A stretch of 32,000 nt of DNA from Candidatus Brocadia sp. (GCA_021650915.1 CP091279.1:3720001-3752000), one strand, 5' to 3'. Counted from the stretch's first letter, positions 8,423 through 18,149 are shown. Numbers and translations are program-made. The notes: a model not told the origin generated them from the sequence alone.

Positions 8423-9467
8423 CACGGCAGACATGGTTCACAAACTTGGTTTTGCAGAAGATGAAATTACCGAATGTCTTGAGAAAAGAGGGTTGCTTTC
8501 CATCGAATTGGAATTTACAAAAAAATGCAATCTCAGATGTCTTTATTGTTACTCCAGCGCTGGAGATCCCTTTGAGAATGAATTGAATCTTGATGAATTA
8601 AAGTCGGTTATATCCCAGGCAAAGGATCTGGGTGTTAAGAAAATAATACTTTTAGGAGGGGGTGAACCTCTGATATATAGCGGCGTAAGGAATATCATAG
8701 AGTATATAGATTCACTGGGATTACAGCAGGTGCTCTTTACGAATGGCACTCTCGTCACGAAGGAATGGGCACAGTTCCTTTTTCATAAAAAGGTTACGGT
8801 AATTACGAAGAGCAATAGCCTGAACTCCGAAGTTCAGGATATCCTTGCGGGTAGAAAAGGTGTCTTCAGCAATATAAGAAAGGGGTTGAAATTTTTACTG
8901 GATGCAGGGTACCCGAATGGAAAGGCGTCGTTAGGAATACAGACCATTATATGCAGGCAGAATATTGCCGAACTTCCGTCTATGTGGATATGGGCGAGAG
9001 AAAATCGCATTATTCCTTATTTTGAGATATTGACATATCAGGGTAGGGCAAAAGAAAATACAGACCTGAATGTATCTGTTTCTGAAGTCAAAGCGATATT
9101 TGAACGTTTAGAGATGATTGACAGGGAAAGGTTTGGTATTCTATGGGAATCGCGTCCAACCATCGCATCCTTCTCGTGCAAACGCCATTTTTACAGTTGC
9201 CTTATTAATTCACAGGGATACGTACAGCCATGCCCGGGCATAGATATGTCTGTTGGAAATATCAGAGAAAAACCTCTGAGAGATATTCTGGAATCCAGTC
9301 ATGTCATTACGAATCTCAGAAATATCTCCGAAAAGATTGAAGGCGCTTGTAAAACATGTGAGTATCGTTATGAATGTTATGGATGCCGGGGAAATGCGTA
9401 TCAAATTACCGGCAATTATCTGTCGTCTGACCCGACGTGTTGGCGCTTCAAGAAAAATCACGAATGA
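8415..9467 (+). CDS. radical SAM enzyme with C-terminal SPASM domain
   Basis: ORF 8328-9467 trimmed to ATG 8415 (8-nt overlap with the upstream stop). CNLRCLYC (Cx3Cx2C) and the GGGEP motif. C-terminal Cys pattern CLINSQGYVQPC ... CKTCEYRYECYGC ... C, i.e. Cx10C with Gx4C, then Cx2Cx5Cx2C, then a final Cys. This is the SPASM auxiliary Fe-S signature. Confidence 0.85.
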   Translation: MSNTADMVHKLGFAEDEITECLEKRGLLSIELEFTKKCNLRCLYCYSSAGDPFENELNLDELKSVISQAKDLGVKKIILLGGGEPLIYSGVRNIIEYIDSLGLQQVLFTNGTLVTKEWAQFLFHKKVTVITKSNSLNSEVQDILAGRKGVFSNIRKGLKFLLDAGYPNGKASLGIQTIICRQNIAELPSMWIWARENRIIPYFEILTYQGRAKENTDLNVSVSEVKAIFERLEMIDRERFGILWESRPTIASFSCKRHFYSCLINSQGYVQPCPGIDMSVGNIREKPLRDILESSHVITNLRNISEKIEGACKTCEYRYECYGCRGNAYQITGNYLSSDPTCWRFKKNHE

Positions 9468-10828
9468 AAATCCTGCTTATCTCTACTAATAACGAGAAGT
9501 ATCCATATCCTGTGGCTCCGATTGGCGCTGCATATATTGCAAAAGCGTTACGAAACAACGGGTATCATGTTAAGATTATCGATCTTTCTTTTGTGGAAGA
9601 CGATTGTGCGGTTATCAGGGATGTCCTGAAAGATTTTGTCCCCCATGTTATTGGCATATCGATAAGGAATATTGACAATCTCACCTACGGCAAAAGTATT
9701 TTCTATATGCCGAGAATTAGACATCTTGTAAACTTCATTAAAAGACACACATCTGTTCCATTAGTAGTTGGTGGCTCTGGTTTCTCTATCTTTCCCGAAG
9801 AGGTTTTGAGATATCTCGAATTGGAAACAGGCATTGTTGGAGAAGGAGAAACAGCATTTGCCCTGGTTGTTGGGGCCATTGAAAAGGGCAAGGACCTGGA
9901 CAATATCCAGAACCTCTGTTATTTAAAAGGTAATAAATTTTACTCCAACAGCATTGCATATACGCAGATTAACAATCGGCCTGACAGATCCCTTTTAAGC
10001 AATAGAATGTATTTTGAACTTGGTGGCATGGCCAATATTCAGTCAAAGAGAGGATGTCCATTTCAATGTACGTATTGTACATACCCATGCATTGAAGGCA
10101 ACAAAATGAGATTGAGAGAACCCATGGATGTCGTGGAAGAACTCAAGGAGATGCGGATTGATTACGGTATTGATTATGTCTTCTTCGTGGATGATATTTT
10201 TAATTTCCCGGAGGAGCATGCTGTTGCCATATGCGAAGAAATAGTCAGAACTAAGGTTAAGGTAAACTGGACTTGTTTTGCAACACCCAAAGGCATGACA
10301 CAGAAACTTGCCGCGCTTATGAAAACGGCCGGCTGTAAAGGGGTCGAATTCGGCTCAGATGCAGGTTCCGAAAAAACACTCAAAGGACTGAGTAAGCATT
10401 TTACCCATGATGACATTGCATATGCTGCTGAGTGTTGCGGGGAAATCGGCCTTCCTAATGCCCATTATATTATCATTGGCGGGCCTGGAGAAGACCATGG
10501 AACACTGCAAGAAACGTTTGCCTTTTTTGAAAAAATCAATCCAACCGCAGTTATTGCTTTGTTGGGATTGCGAATCTATCCAAATACACGGCTTCATAGT
10601 AAATCGATAGAAGACGGTGTAATTGAAAAAGACAGAAATTTGCTTGAACCTGCATTTTATTTATCACCGGAAATGGATACAACTGTAATATTCCGGAATA
10701 TTGCTGAACATGCAAGGAAACATCAAAACTGGATCGTACCCGGACTTGATATAAGATGTGATACGAATATGTTGGCAGTATTGAGGAAAATGGGCAGGAA
10801 AGGTCCATTGTGGGACATGCTCTCGTAA
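9464..10828 (+). CDS. B12-binding-domain radical SAM enzyme (class B-like)
   Basis: ORF 9437-10828 trimmed to ATG 9464 (ATGA overlap). N-terminal flavodoxin-like cobalamin-binding-type domain (MKILLISTNNEKYPYPVAPIGAAYIAKALRNNGYHVKIIDL...VVGGSGFSIFPEE). Radical SAM core SKRGCPFQCTYCTYP (Cx3Cx2C). Confidence 0.85.
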   Translation: MKILLISTNNEKYPYPVAPIGAAYIAKALRNNGYHVKIIDLSFVEDDCAVIRDVLKDFVPHVIGISIRNIDNLTYGKSIFYMPRIRHLVNFIKRHTSVPLVVGGSGFSIFPEEVLRYLELETGIVGEGETAFALVVGAIEKGKDLDNIQNLCYLKGNKFYSNSIAYTQINNRPDRSLLSNRMYFELGGMANIQSKRGCPFQCTYCTYPCIEGNKMRLREPMDVVEELKEMRIDYGIDYVFFVDDIFNFPEEHAVAICEEIVRTKVKVNWTCFATPKGMTQKLAALMKTAGCKGVEFGSDAGSEKTLKGLSKHFTHDDIAYAAECCGEIGLPNAHYIIIGGPGEDHGTLQETFAFFEKINPTAVIALLGLRIYPNTRLHSKSIEDGVIEKDRNLLEPAFYLSPEMDTTVIFRNIAEHARKHQNWIVPGLDIRCDTNMLAVLRKMGRKGPLWDMLS

Positions 10829-10841
10829 GGCAATAGGTCAT

Positions 10842-11585
10842 ATGAAAATGAGCACGCAAAGAGTTGTTCTTGTTACAGGCGGAAGCAAGGGAATAGGAAA
10901 GGCAATATCTGCAGCTTTTGCCGCAAATGGAGACACGGTAATTATAAATTATCATACATCATTTGATGAGGCAAATAAAGTGAAGTTGGAATTATTGCCA
11001 GGAAATACCTCCGTTTCTCTTGAACGGGCTGATGTATCGGATTATCTGCAAGTAAAACGGATGGTTGCCGATATCCTGGAAAAGTACGGGAAAATCGATG
11101 TGGTGGTAAATAATGCCGGTATTGTCAGAGACGGTTTTTTGATGCTTATGTCTGAAAGGGACTGGAATGATGTTATTGCTATAAACCTGAACGGCGTTTT
11201 CAACTGTTCAAAGGCCGTATCAGAATCGATGATCAGTCAAAGGAACGGTATAATAATCAATATCGCTTCCTTGAGCGGAATTACGGGACTGTCTGGTCAG
11301 GCAAATTATTCAGCTGCCAAAGGCGGCGTTATTGCCTTTACAAAGGCGCTTTCAAAGGAACTTGCGCCTTTTAATATACGGGTTAACGCCGTTGCTCCGG
11401 GAGTAATAGAAACGGAAATTGTCGATTCACTTAACGAGAGGGTAAAAAATAATTTTCTCAACGCTATCCCTATGAAAAGATTCGGGAAACCGGATGAGGT
11501 TGCATCTGTTGTTAAGTTCCTTGCATCACCGGATGCCGTCTATATCACGGGAGAAACTATTTGCGTTACGGGAGGACTCCATTGA
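10842..11585 (+). CDS. fabG: 3-oxoacyl-ACP reductase (SDR family)
   Basis: 247 aa. VTGGSKGIGKAI cofactor loop, NNAG, catalytic S...YSAAK, PGVIET. Alternative ATG at 10848. Confidence 0.9.
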   Translation: MKMSTQRVVLVTGGSKGIGKAISAAFAANGDTVIINYHTSFDEANKVKLELLPGNTSVSLERADVSDYLQVKRMVADILEKYGKIDVVVNNAGIVRDGFLMLMSERDWNDVIAINLNGVFNCSKAVSESMISQRNGIIINIASLSGITGLSGQANYSAAKGGVIAFTKALSKELAPFNIRVNAVAPGVIETEIVDSLNERVKNNFLNAIPMKRFGKPDEVASVVKFLASPDAVYITGETICVTGGLH

Positions 11586-11836
11586 TGTCTGACACAATTC
11601 TAAAACTGAAAGATCTGCTGATAACAAGATTAAAACTCAAGGTAAAAGCGGATGGTATACAGGAAGATACACCCTTGTTCGGACCAAACAGTCTTGGCCT
11701 CGATTCTATTGATGTGCTGGAACTGATTATCGGCATCAAAAAGACCTTTGGTGTTGAAATACCTGACAAGGAAACCGCAGAAAAGATATTTATCACGGTA
11801 GGTGCAATAGCACAATATATAGAAGAAAAAAGATGA
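11585..11836 (+). CDS. acyl carrier protein (cluster-dedicated)
   Basis: ORF 11561-11836 trimmed to ATG 11585 (TGATG, 1-nt overlap with the fabG stop). 83 aa. Phosphopantetheine-attachment motif LGLDSIDVLELI, followed by FGVEIPD. Confidence 0.85.
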   Translation: MSDTILKLKDLLITRLKLKVKADGIQEDTPLFGPNSLGLDSIDVLELIIGIKKTFGVEIPDKETAEKIFITVGAIAQYIEEKR

Positions 11837-12249
11837 CAGTTCCCTATCCGTCCCCAAGAACCGCACTACCCCATTCTTACCCGTTTCTCCTGATTGATAG
11901 AATACTTGACCTCGACGAAGGCAAACGCATTGTATGTCTGAAGAATGTGACTATTAATGAGGAATTTTTTCAAGGGCATTTCAAGGATAACCCTGTAATG
12001 CCTGGGTCCCTTATTATAGAAGCAATGGCACAAACGTCTGGATTGATGATTGTTAAAGAAAAATCAAGTATGGCTTATTTGGGCAAGATAAAAGATGCAA
12101 AATTCAGAAAAATGGTTGTGCCTGGTGACCAGCTTATTATTACCTCATCTCTCATTGATAAGTTTCCACCATTTTATACCTTTGAAGTTATTGCATCAGT
12201 TGGAAGCGAGATTGTGTCTGAAGCAGAGATAATCCTTTCCTTAAGTTGA
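11833..12249 (+). CDS. fabZ: 3-hydroxyacyl-ACP dehydratase (FabZ-like hot-dog fold)
   Basis: 138 aa. LPHSYPFLLIDRI and FFQGHFKDNPVMPGSLIIEAMAQ, the FabZ catalytic His/Glu block. ATGA overlap with the ACP gene. Confidence 0.85.
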   Translation: MTVPYPSPRTALPHSYPFLLIDRILDLDEGKRIVCLKNVTINEEFFQGHFKDNPVMPGSLIIEAMAQTSGLMIVKEKSSMAYLGKIKDAKFRKMVVPGDQLIITSSLIDKFPPFYTFEVIASVGSEIVSEAEIILSLS

Positions 12250-12262
12250 TAGGCAGGGCTCT

Positions 12263-13093
12263 ATGAAATACGTCAATTGCAATCTCTGTAATGCTGATGA
12301 TACTTTTCTTGTTACAACACAAAATGGTTATAAGATTGTACGATGTAAAAGTTGTGGTCTTGTTTATGTGAATCCCAGACCAGACAACGAGGCGCTAAAG
12401 CATCTCTATGATGAATATCACCAGAGAAACGGCAAAGACGTGAACGATTGGGCAAAGCTTATGGGAAAAAATTTTAAGGAGATTTTATTGTTTTTAAACA
12501 AAGCGCTTCCAGACAAAGGGAAGCTACTTGATATTGGATGTGGTTACGGACACTTTATCGAGATAATGAAACAGCAAGGATGGTCTGTATATGGAATCGA
12601 TCTCTCTCCTAAGGTATTGCTCTATGCAAAGGAAAAAGGACTGGATGTATTAGAAACATCCATAGATGACGTATCAGTTCCCGACGAATATTTTGATGTC
12701 GTAACGGCATTTTATGTGTTAGAGCATGTGACAAATCCGCTTCATGTCCTCAAAAACATGTATAAAATGCTAAAACCATGTGGAATTCTTGTCTTACGGG
12801 TTCCGCACACAACACCGATTATTCGAATTCTTTCGTTTTTCAGAATAAAGAATAATCTTTATGATACCCCCTATCATTTATTTGACTATTCACCAGAAAT
12901 AATAATTCAACTCCTTAAAAAGGCCGGGTTTTCCTCTGTCAAGGTAACACCGGGAAGCCCGACAATCCCTGCCAATGTATTTGAAATGATAGTTTCTGTG
13001 GTTTCGGGAAGTCTTTCTAAATTCCTTTTTGCAATAAGTGCTGGAAAATTTCTCTTACCCGGGATAAGCAAGACCATTTTTGCTTTCAAATAA
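12263..13093 (+). CDS. class I SAM-dependent methyltransferase with N-terminal CxxC...CxxC zinc-ribbon
   Basis: 276 aa. CNLCNADD...CKSCGLVYVNP ribbon. SAM motif LLDIGCGYGHF. FDVVTAFYVLEHV, LKPCGILVLRVP. Hydrophobic C-terminal tail. Confidence 0.8.
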   Translation: MKYVNCNLCNADDTFLVTTQNGYKIVRCKSCGLVYVNPRPDNEALKHLYDEYHQRNGKDVNDWAKLMGKNFKEILLFLNKALPDKGKLLDIGCGYGHFIEIMKQQGWSVYGIDLSPKVLLYAKEKGLDVLETSIDDVSVPDEYFDVVTAFYVLEHVTNPLHVLKNMYKMLKPCGILVLRVPHTTPIIRILSFFRIKNNLYDTPYHLFDYSPEIIIQLLKKAGFSSVKVTPGSPTIPANVFEMIVSVVSGSLSKFLFAISAGKFLLPGISKTIFAFK

Positions 13094-13120
13094 AAGAAAA
13101 AGAGACTTAGGTACTGTAAG

Positions 13121-15652
13121 ATGAAACGTATGAAATTAGAACATCTTCTGAGAAAAGTTGCATTTGTTATTTTCTTGTACCACAAGAAAATAGTCATCCT
13201 CTTTTCTGTTTTGATTATTGCCTCTTTCTACACTATTTTTCATATGAAAATTGAATCCGATGTTTTAGACGTGCTCCCTTCCGGCAATAAAACGGTTGCT
13301 CAATATAAGGATTTTATAGAAAAATATGGAACCATGGATAACATTGTATTTATCGTGGAATCGGAAGATAATAAAATTAGTGAAAACATAGACCTTATTG
13401 AAAAGATTGCCAAGAATCTTTCCGAATCTCCCCTAATTGAATATGTTGATTACGGCCCACTAAACTATAAGAACGAAGTATTTATAAGATATTTACCACT
13501 CTTTCTTGATGAAACCGGGATAAAATTTCTTAAGAAAAGATTAACACCACAAGGAATTAAACAGCAAGTCAAAATAAACCACGATAGGCTTGTTTCGCCT
13601 CTTAGCTCACCTTTTGATTATGAAATGATTGCAAGAGATCCACTCAATTTACATACTATTCTGAGAGCTAGTTTGTTAAAACAGTATCAGGCGAGCAAAT
13701 TAGATTTAAGCATGGGATATTATTTCACGAAAGATCATTCTGCCGCTCTCCTTCTTGCTAAACCCACAGGTAAGGGCAGAGACATGGCTTTCGTAAAGGA
13801 ATTAAAAAAAGAATTGGATATTATTACCTTCTCTGCATTGCAAGAGTGTAGCAATCCTCCTGGCGTAAAAGTTGGGATAACAGGAGGACATGCAATTGCG
13901 GAAGATATTCGTCAGATTATCAAACATGATGTTACTGTATCTTCTGCACTCTCTATTATTCTTATTGGATTGCTTATAATGCTGGCATATAGGGTGAGAA
14001 TAAAGATTCTTTCCATAATAGGATTAACTATGTTCGCATCTCTAGCAGTAACGTTAGCATTCGCTTATCTCCTTTTTGGAAGTTTAAATATTGTAACGAG
14101 CGCCGTTGTGGCAATACTTATTGATATTTATGTGGATTATTCTTTGCACATGGTAAAAAGGTATTGCGATGAATTTAAAAAACATAATAATCCATACATG
14201 GCGTTAGAAGTAACCCTCACGAGAACAGGGCCAGCTATAATCTTGTCCGCCCTGACAACTTCACTGTCTTTTTTCTGTATCCTTGTAACAAATTTTAAAG
14301 GGTTGTATGAGCTTGGAGTAGTATCCGGAATAGGTGTTATTTTGAGTATGATGTGCAATTTGTTTTTGATGAATGCACTTCTTGTGTGGATCAGTAAATC
14401 TGGTTTGCAACGAATACAATATGGAAGAAATTTCTTTCGTGGAAGCGGGAATTTTCCCAATTTTCTCATAGGGAAAACGAAATATATTCTTACATTGAGT
14501 GCCATTTTGGTTTGTTTGGCAGCATTCGGAATAGCTCGATTAAAATTTAACAATAATCCAGATTCGCTTGCGCCCGTGGATAGTCCTGCTATTCTCTCAG
14601 GAAAGAAGCTGGGTGAAAAAATGGGGAAAAAGGGAGAACCTCTGAATATTATAATTAAATCAGATAACAAAGAAGAACTCAGCCGCGCCTTTGATGAACT
14701 GGAAACTGTTTCTACTCGGTGGAAACACGCTAAGATAATTGAGGATTATAGTTCGTTAAATACATTTATGCCTAAGCCATCGGATCAATTAATAAATGTG
14801 AATACATTAAGAAAAATTGGACATGACAGCTTATTAAGAGTAGATTCTTTAGAAAGTGTACTTATATCTGCCCTTGAAAAAAATGGTTTTGTGTTTGAAA
14901 AAGATTATATTAATAAATATTTACACGAGACAGTAACTACACTTAATACTATTGAGCCTATAGGCTTTGACGAACTTGAAGCAATGTCAATTCCCAATGT
15001 ATCTCATTTTTATAATAAGCGGGATTTATCAATCGTTGCGTATCTTTATCCAACGGTAAAGGGATGGGATAAACGGACCGTGGATACAATACAGGATTAC
15101 ATTATATCAAAAGGGGGAAATTGGGTACTCGTAGGTAAGCCTATTCTTTTTACCGAAATACAGTCATCTATTATCTGGAATAGCGGAATTGCAACCGTAT
15201 TAACAGTTTTGCTGAATCTCATTATTATCTATTGGTATTTTAGAAGATTCCTGGTAGTCGTTTTGGTTATGCTGCCTGTGACACTTGGATTCGTGTTTAC
15301 TGTGGGAATAATGGGTTACGCAAACATCTCTTTTAATGTTTTTAATATTAGTGCGATTGCTCTCATTTTTGGATTAGGAGTTGATTATGGCATATACGTT
15401 ATACAGGCGTATCTGATGGAGGATACCGTGGATGTCGGAAATGCCCTTCGCATTAGCGGAAAAAACGTGATTATGTGTGCCGCGACAACCATAGCCGGTT
15501 GTGGAAGCCTGATAACCGCAAAATTCATTGGGATTGCTACGATAGGTCTTGTTCTTAGTATCGGCGCTATTACCTGCGCTTTCACGGCGCTTATTATTTT
15601 ACCTGCAATTATCATGCTTAAAGGGAAAAGGCTTTGCCATGCCAGACTATGA
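13121..15652 (+). CDS. MMPL/RND-superfamily lipid exporter
   Basis: 843 aa. Duplicated architecture: one TM helix, a large soluble loop and a bundle of about five TM helices, twice (the TM bundles lie around aa 270-420 and 690-835). GxxxD-type helices (FGLGVDYGIY) typical of MMPL/HpnN-like exporters. Confidence 0.8.
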   Translation: MKRMKLEHLLRKVAFVIFLYHKKIVILFSVLIIASFYTIFHMKIESDVLDVLPSGNKTVAQYKDFIEKYGTMDNIVFIVESEDNKISENIDLIEKIAKNLSESPLIEYVDYGPLNYKNEVFIRYLPLFLDETGIKFLKKRLTPQGIKQQVKINHDRLVSPLSSPFDYEMIARDPLNLHTILRASLLKQYQASKLDLSMGYYFTKDHSAALLLAKPTGKGRDMAFVKELKKELDIITFSALQECSNPPGVKVGITGGHAIAEDIRQIIKHDVTVSSALSIILIGLLIMLAYRVRIKILSIIGLTMFASLAVTLAFAYLLFGSLNIVTSAVVAILIDIYVDYSLHMVKRYCDEFKKHNNPYMALEVTLTRTGPAIILSALTTSLSFFCILVTNFKGLYELGVVSGIGVILSMMCNLFLMNALLVWISKSGLQRIQYGRNFFRGSGNFPNFLIGKTKYILTLSAILVCLAAFGIARLKFNNNPDSLAPVDSPAILSGKKLGEKMGKKGEPLNIIIKSDNKEELSRAFDELETVSTRWKHAKIIEDYSSLNTFMPKPSDQLINVNTLRKIGHDSLLRVDSLESVLISALEKNGFVFEKDYINKYLHETVTTLNTIEPIGFDELEAMSIPNVSHFYNKRDLSIVAYLYPTVKGWDKRTVDTIQDYIISKGGNWVLVGKPILFTEIQSSIIWNSGIATVLTVLLNLIIIYWYFRRFLVVVLVMLPVTLGFVFTVGIMGYANISFNVFNISAIALIFGLGVDYGIYVIQAYLMEDTVDVGNALRISGKNVIMCAATTIAGCGSLITAKFIGIATIGLVLSIGAITCAFTALIILPAIIMLKGKRLCHARL

Positions 15653-17096
15653 TGTAATAGTTATCGGGAGTGGGATTGGCGGTCTTATAAGCGCCGGGAT
15701 TCTGGTGTCAAGGGGTTTAAAAATACTTCTTGTAGAAAAGAATGTGAATCCCGGCGGGTATCTTTCGTCGTTTAAGAGAGGCGACTTTATTTTTGATTCC
15801 GCTGTCGATTGCTTTTCGGGTATTGAAAAGGGTGGATTGATAAGCAATGTCTTAAAGCTTCTCGATGTTGATAGCCAGGTGCATTTTGTGCGTGTTGATC
15901 CTATACGAGTAAGCATGTTCCCGAACCTTAAGGTTTCAGTTGATTCGGATATAAATACCTATATGGATAAACTTATGGCAATATTTCCTTCCGAAGCTGC
16001 TGCAATCAGGGGGTTCTTTAAAAGAGCTTCTATGGTATATGATGAACTCCAAATAGCGATAAACAAGCTTATTTCGGGTGAATTTGAATTAAATATAATA
16101 AGTCCGAACATACTGAAACTTATGTATAGTTCGTACGAGGAATTGCTGGTTGAATATATTACCGACTACCGGCTTAAAGCCGTATTGTCCGACCGGTGTA
16201 CGTTTGTTGGCCTTCCGCCTTCAAAAGCTTCTGCCTTTTCAATGATTGCCTTAATGATGAGTTACTTTAAATTTGGCGCATATAGACCTGTGGGGGGCTT
16301 TCAAAAACTCGCGAATGTCTTTGTTGATGGAATAAGGAAGAACGGAGGCAAGGCTATCTTCGGTACGGAGGCAAAGCAGATTATTTTAGACAAACAAAAT
16401 TATTGTACGGGTGTAAAATGTGATAACGGTGATGAATATACAACACGCTATATTATATCAAATGCCGACTTTAATCATACCTTCAGGAGCATCATGGGAG
16501 GAAAATATTCGTCTTTTGCCAGAGATATGACGGAGAACATTGGAAGTTCAACCTCTTTTTTTATAGTCTATGCGGGTATCATGGGCGATGCCGGCAAATA
16601 CTCCAGTATCGGCTATTATCCATCTTATGATATGGAGGGTTTCTTTTCTCCGGATAAGACGTTTAAGGAGGATACAACCATAGGCATTACTATCGCCAGT
16701 ATCGAGGATAAATCACGTGTTCCAGCGGATTGTAATACCATAGTGCTGCACGAAATGGCAGATGGATCTCGATGGGATTGTGTTGATAAATCAAAATGTA
16801 CCGGGGCAGTATTAAAAAAAGCAGAAAGTATCATTCCTGATATAATGGATAGAATTGTTGTCCTTGACTCAGCAACACCTCAGACACTGCAGAGATACAC
16901 GGGAAACTATCATGGCGCTGCATTTGGCTGGAGACAGGCGCCGGTGTTCAAGGGGATAAAGAGATGCGGAATAAATAATCTGTATATTGCCGGCCACTGG
17001 GGGAACATGGGTGGCGGCGTTTTAGCTGCTGCATACGCTGGAGTTGAAGCGGCAAGCGAAATTCTTACGAAAGAGGGAATACACATTGCCATCTGA
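15639..17096 (+). CDS. FAD-dependent oxidoreductase of the phytoene desaturase (CrtI/CrtD) family
   Basis: ORF 15549-17096 trimmed to ATG 15639 (14-nt overlap with the exporter stop). Dinucleotide fold YDVIVIGSGIGGLISAGILVSRGLKILLVEKN..PGG. C-terminal LYIAGHWGNMGGGVLAAAYAGVEAA block typical of the CrtI/amine-oxidase fold. Confidence 0.8.
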   Translation: MPDYDVIVIGSGIGGLISAGILVSRGLKILLVEKNVNPGGYLSSFKRGDFIFDSAVDCFSGIEKGGLISNVLKLLDVDSQVHFVRVDPIRVSMFPNLKVSVDSDINTYMDKLMAIFPSEAAAIRGFFKRASMVYDELQIAINKLISGEFELNIISPNILKLMYSSYEELLVEYITDYRLKAVLSDRCTFVGLPPSKASAFSMIALMMSYFKFGAYRPVGGFQKLANVFVDGIRKNGGKAIFGTEAKQIILDKQNYCTGVKCDNGDEYTTRYIISNADFNHTFRSIMGGKYSSFARDMTENIGSSTSFFIVYAGIMGDAGKYSSIGYYPSYDMEGFFSPDKTFKEDTTIGITIASIEDKSRVPADCNTIVLHEMADGSRWDCVDKSKCTGAVLKKAESIIPDIMDRIVVLDSATPQTLQRYTGNYHGAAFGWRQAPVFKGIKRCGINNLYIAGHWGNMGGGVLAAAYAGVEAASEILTKEGIHIAI

Positions 17097-18126
17097 TGTT
17101 TGTGTTGTTATCCCTGCCTATAACGCATCCAGTACCATTGGGAATATCGTAATCGGCGCATTAAAACATGTTTCTAAGGTCATCGTCGCCGATGACGGTT
17201 CTACGGATAATACAGCAGTTGCGGCTTCCGGGGCAGGAGCAGAGATAGTTATAATAGACAGAAATAGAGGAAAAGGAAATGCCCTAACAGTTCTTTTTCA
17301 GAAGACCGTAGATGAAGGATACGATGCCGTAATAAGCATGGATGCGGATGAGCAACATGATCCTGAAGAGATACCGAAGTTTCTTGCTGCTCATATCATG
17401 CACCCGGATGATATAATTTCAGGCTCAAGAATGGGTGAGAAAGAAAAAATTCCAAGGGCGCGATACAACTCTATGTGTATAGCGCGATATTATATTTCCC
17501 TTGCCGCCAATCAATTTATAGAAGATACACAATGTGGTTTCAGGCTTTACCCTCTATCGATAATAAAAAAAATCCGGTTGAAGACAGAAAGATTCGTTAC
17601 TGAAACCGAATTGCTGATGAAAGCGGGAGATATGGGCGCAGACATCAGGTTTGTAAGTATTAAAACGATATACAATGAAAACGGGACCCATTTCAAGCCT
17701 GTTAAGGACATTGTTGCTATAACAGCATATGTCATTTCCTATATTTACGTCAAATGGTTAATCGAAGGGATAACCTCAAACAATTCAAATACCTATTTAA
17801 CACAAAACCATCTAAGGGATTTAATAGGCAAAAACAAAACCGTGGATATTTTTTTTCAAATATTTACGGTTTTCACCGCCCTGCCTGCAACGGTGTTTTT
17901 TTTACTCGAATATCAATTTTTAGGGCTATTTATACCAAACAATTTTGCATCTATACGGGAACGTGGCTGTGGATTTTCCAAGATTACCCTTTCAACACAA
18001 ACGTTGCCTGTTTTGTTTATCGTTGCCGGTATTGAAAAAATCATGAATGTTACCGGGTCTAAGGTCAATATCTTGGATGGTTTTATAAAAAGGTTCTTCT
18101 CAAATTCATGGAAAGATACGGAATAG
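17086..18126 (+). CDS. family 2 glycosyltransferase with C-terminal membrane domain
   Basis: VCVVIPAYNASSTIGNIV, VADDGSTDNT and the DADEQHD (DxD) motif. C-terminal hydrophobic helices (IVAITAYVISYIYVKWL, IFFQIFTVFTALPATVFFLLEY). The start is ambiguous: TTG 17086 (11-nt overlap, preferred) or TTG 17044 (ORF-track start, 53-nt overlap). Confidence 0.8.
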   Translation: MPSDVCVVIPAYNASSTIGNIVIGALKHVSKVIVADDGSTDNTAVAASGAGAEIVIIDRNRGKGNALTVLFQKTVDEGYDAVISMDADEQHDPEEIPKFLAAHIMHPDDIISGSRMGEKEKIPRARYNSMCIARYYISLAANQFIEDTQCGFRLYPLSIIKKIRLKTERFVTETELLMKAGDMGADIRFVSIKTIYNENGTHFKPVKDIVAITAYVISYIYVKWLIEGITSNNSNTYLTQNHLRDLIGKNKTVDIFFQIFTVFTALPATVFFLLEYQFLGLFIPNNFASIRERGCGFSKITLSTQTLPVLFIVAGIEKIMNVTGSKVNILDGFIKRFFSNSWKDTE

Positions 18127-18149
18127 TATAAAGATAGTAATCCACATAC

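Noticed and set aside
10551-10955. 134-aa - strand ORF spanning the rSAM/fabG junction
   Set aside because: It is antisense to two well-supported + strand genes and has no motif. It is a typical shadow ORF in AT-leaning DNA.
14137-14670. 177-aa - strand ORF
   Set aside because: It lies entirely inside the 843-aa MMPL exporter gene on the opposite strand, has low-complexity composition, and has no ribosome-binding site or recognisable motif.
15549-15638. N-terminal extensions of ORF-track ORFs (also 1741-1812, 8328-8414, 9437-9463, 11561-11584, 24039-24089, 25294-25314, 27032-27052, 29584-29652)
   Set aside because: In each case an internal ATG gives a canonical family N-terminus. It also either forms a 1-14 nt overlap with the upstream stop or has a better Shine-Dalgarno sequence. 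The extensions run through the upstream gene.
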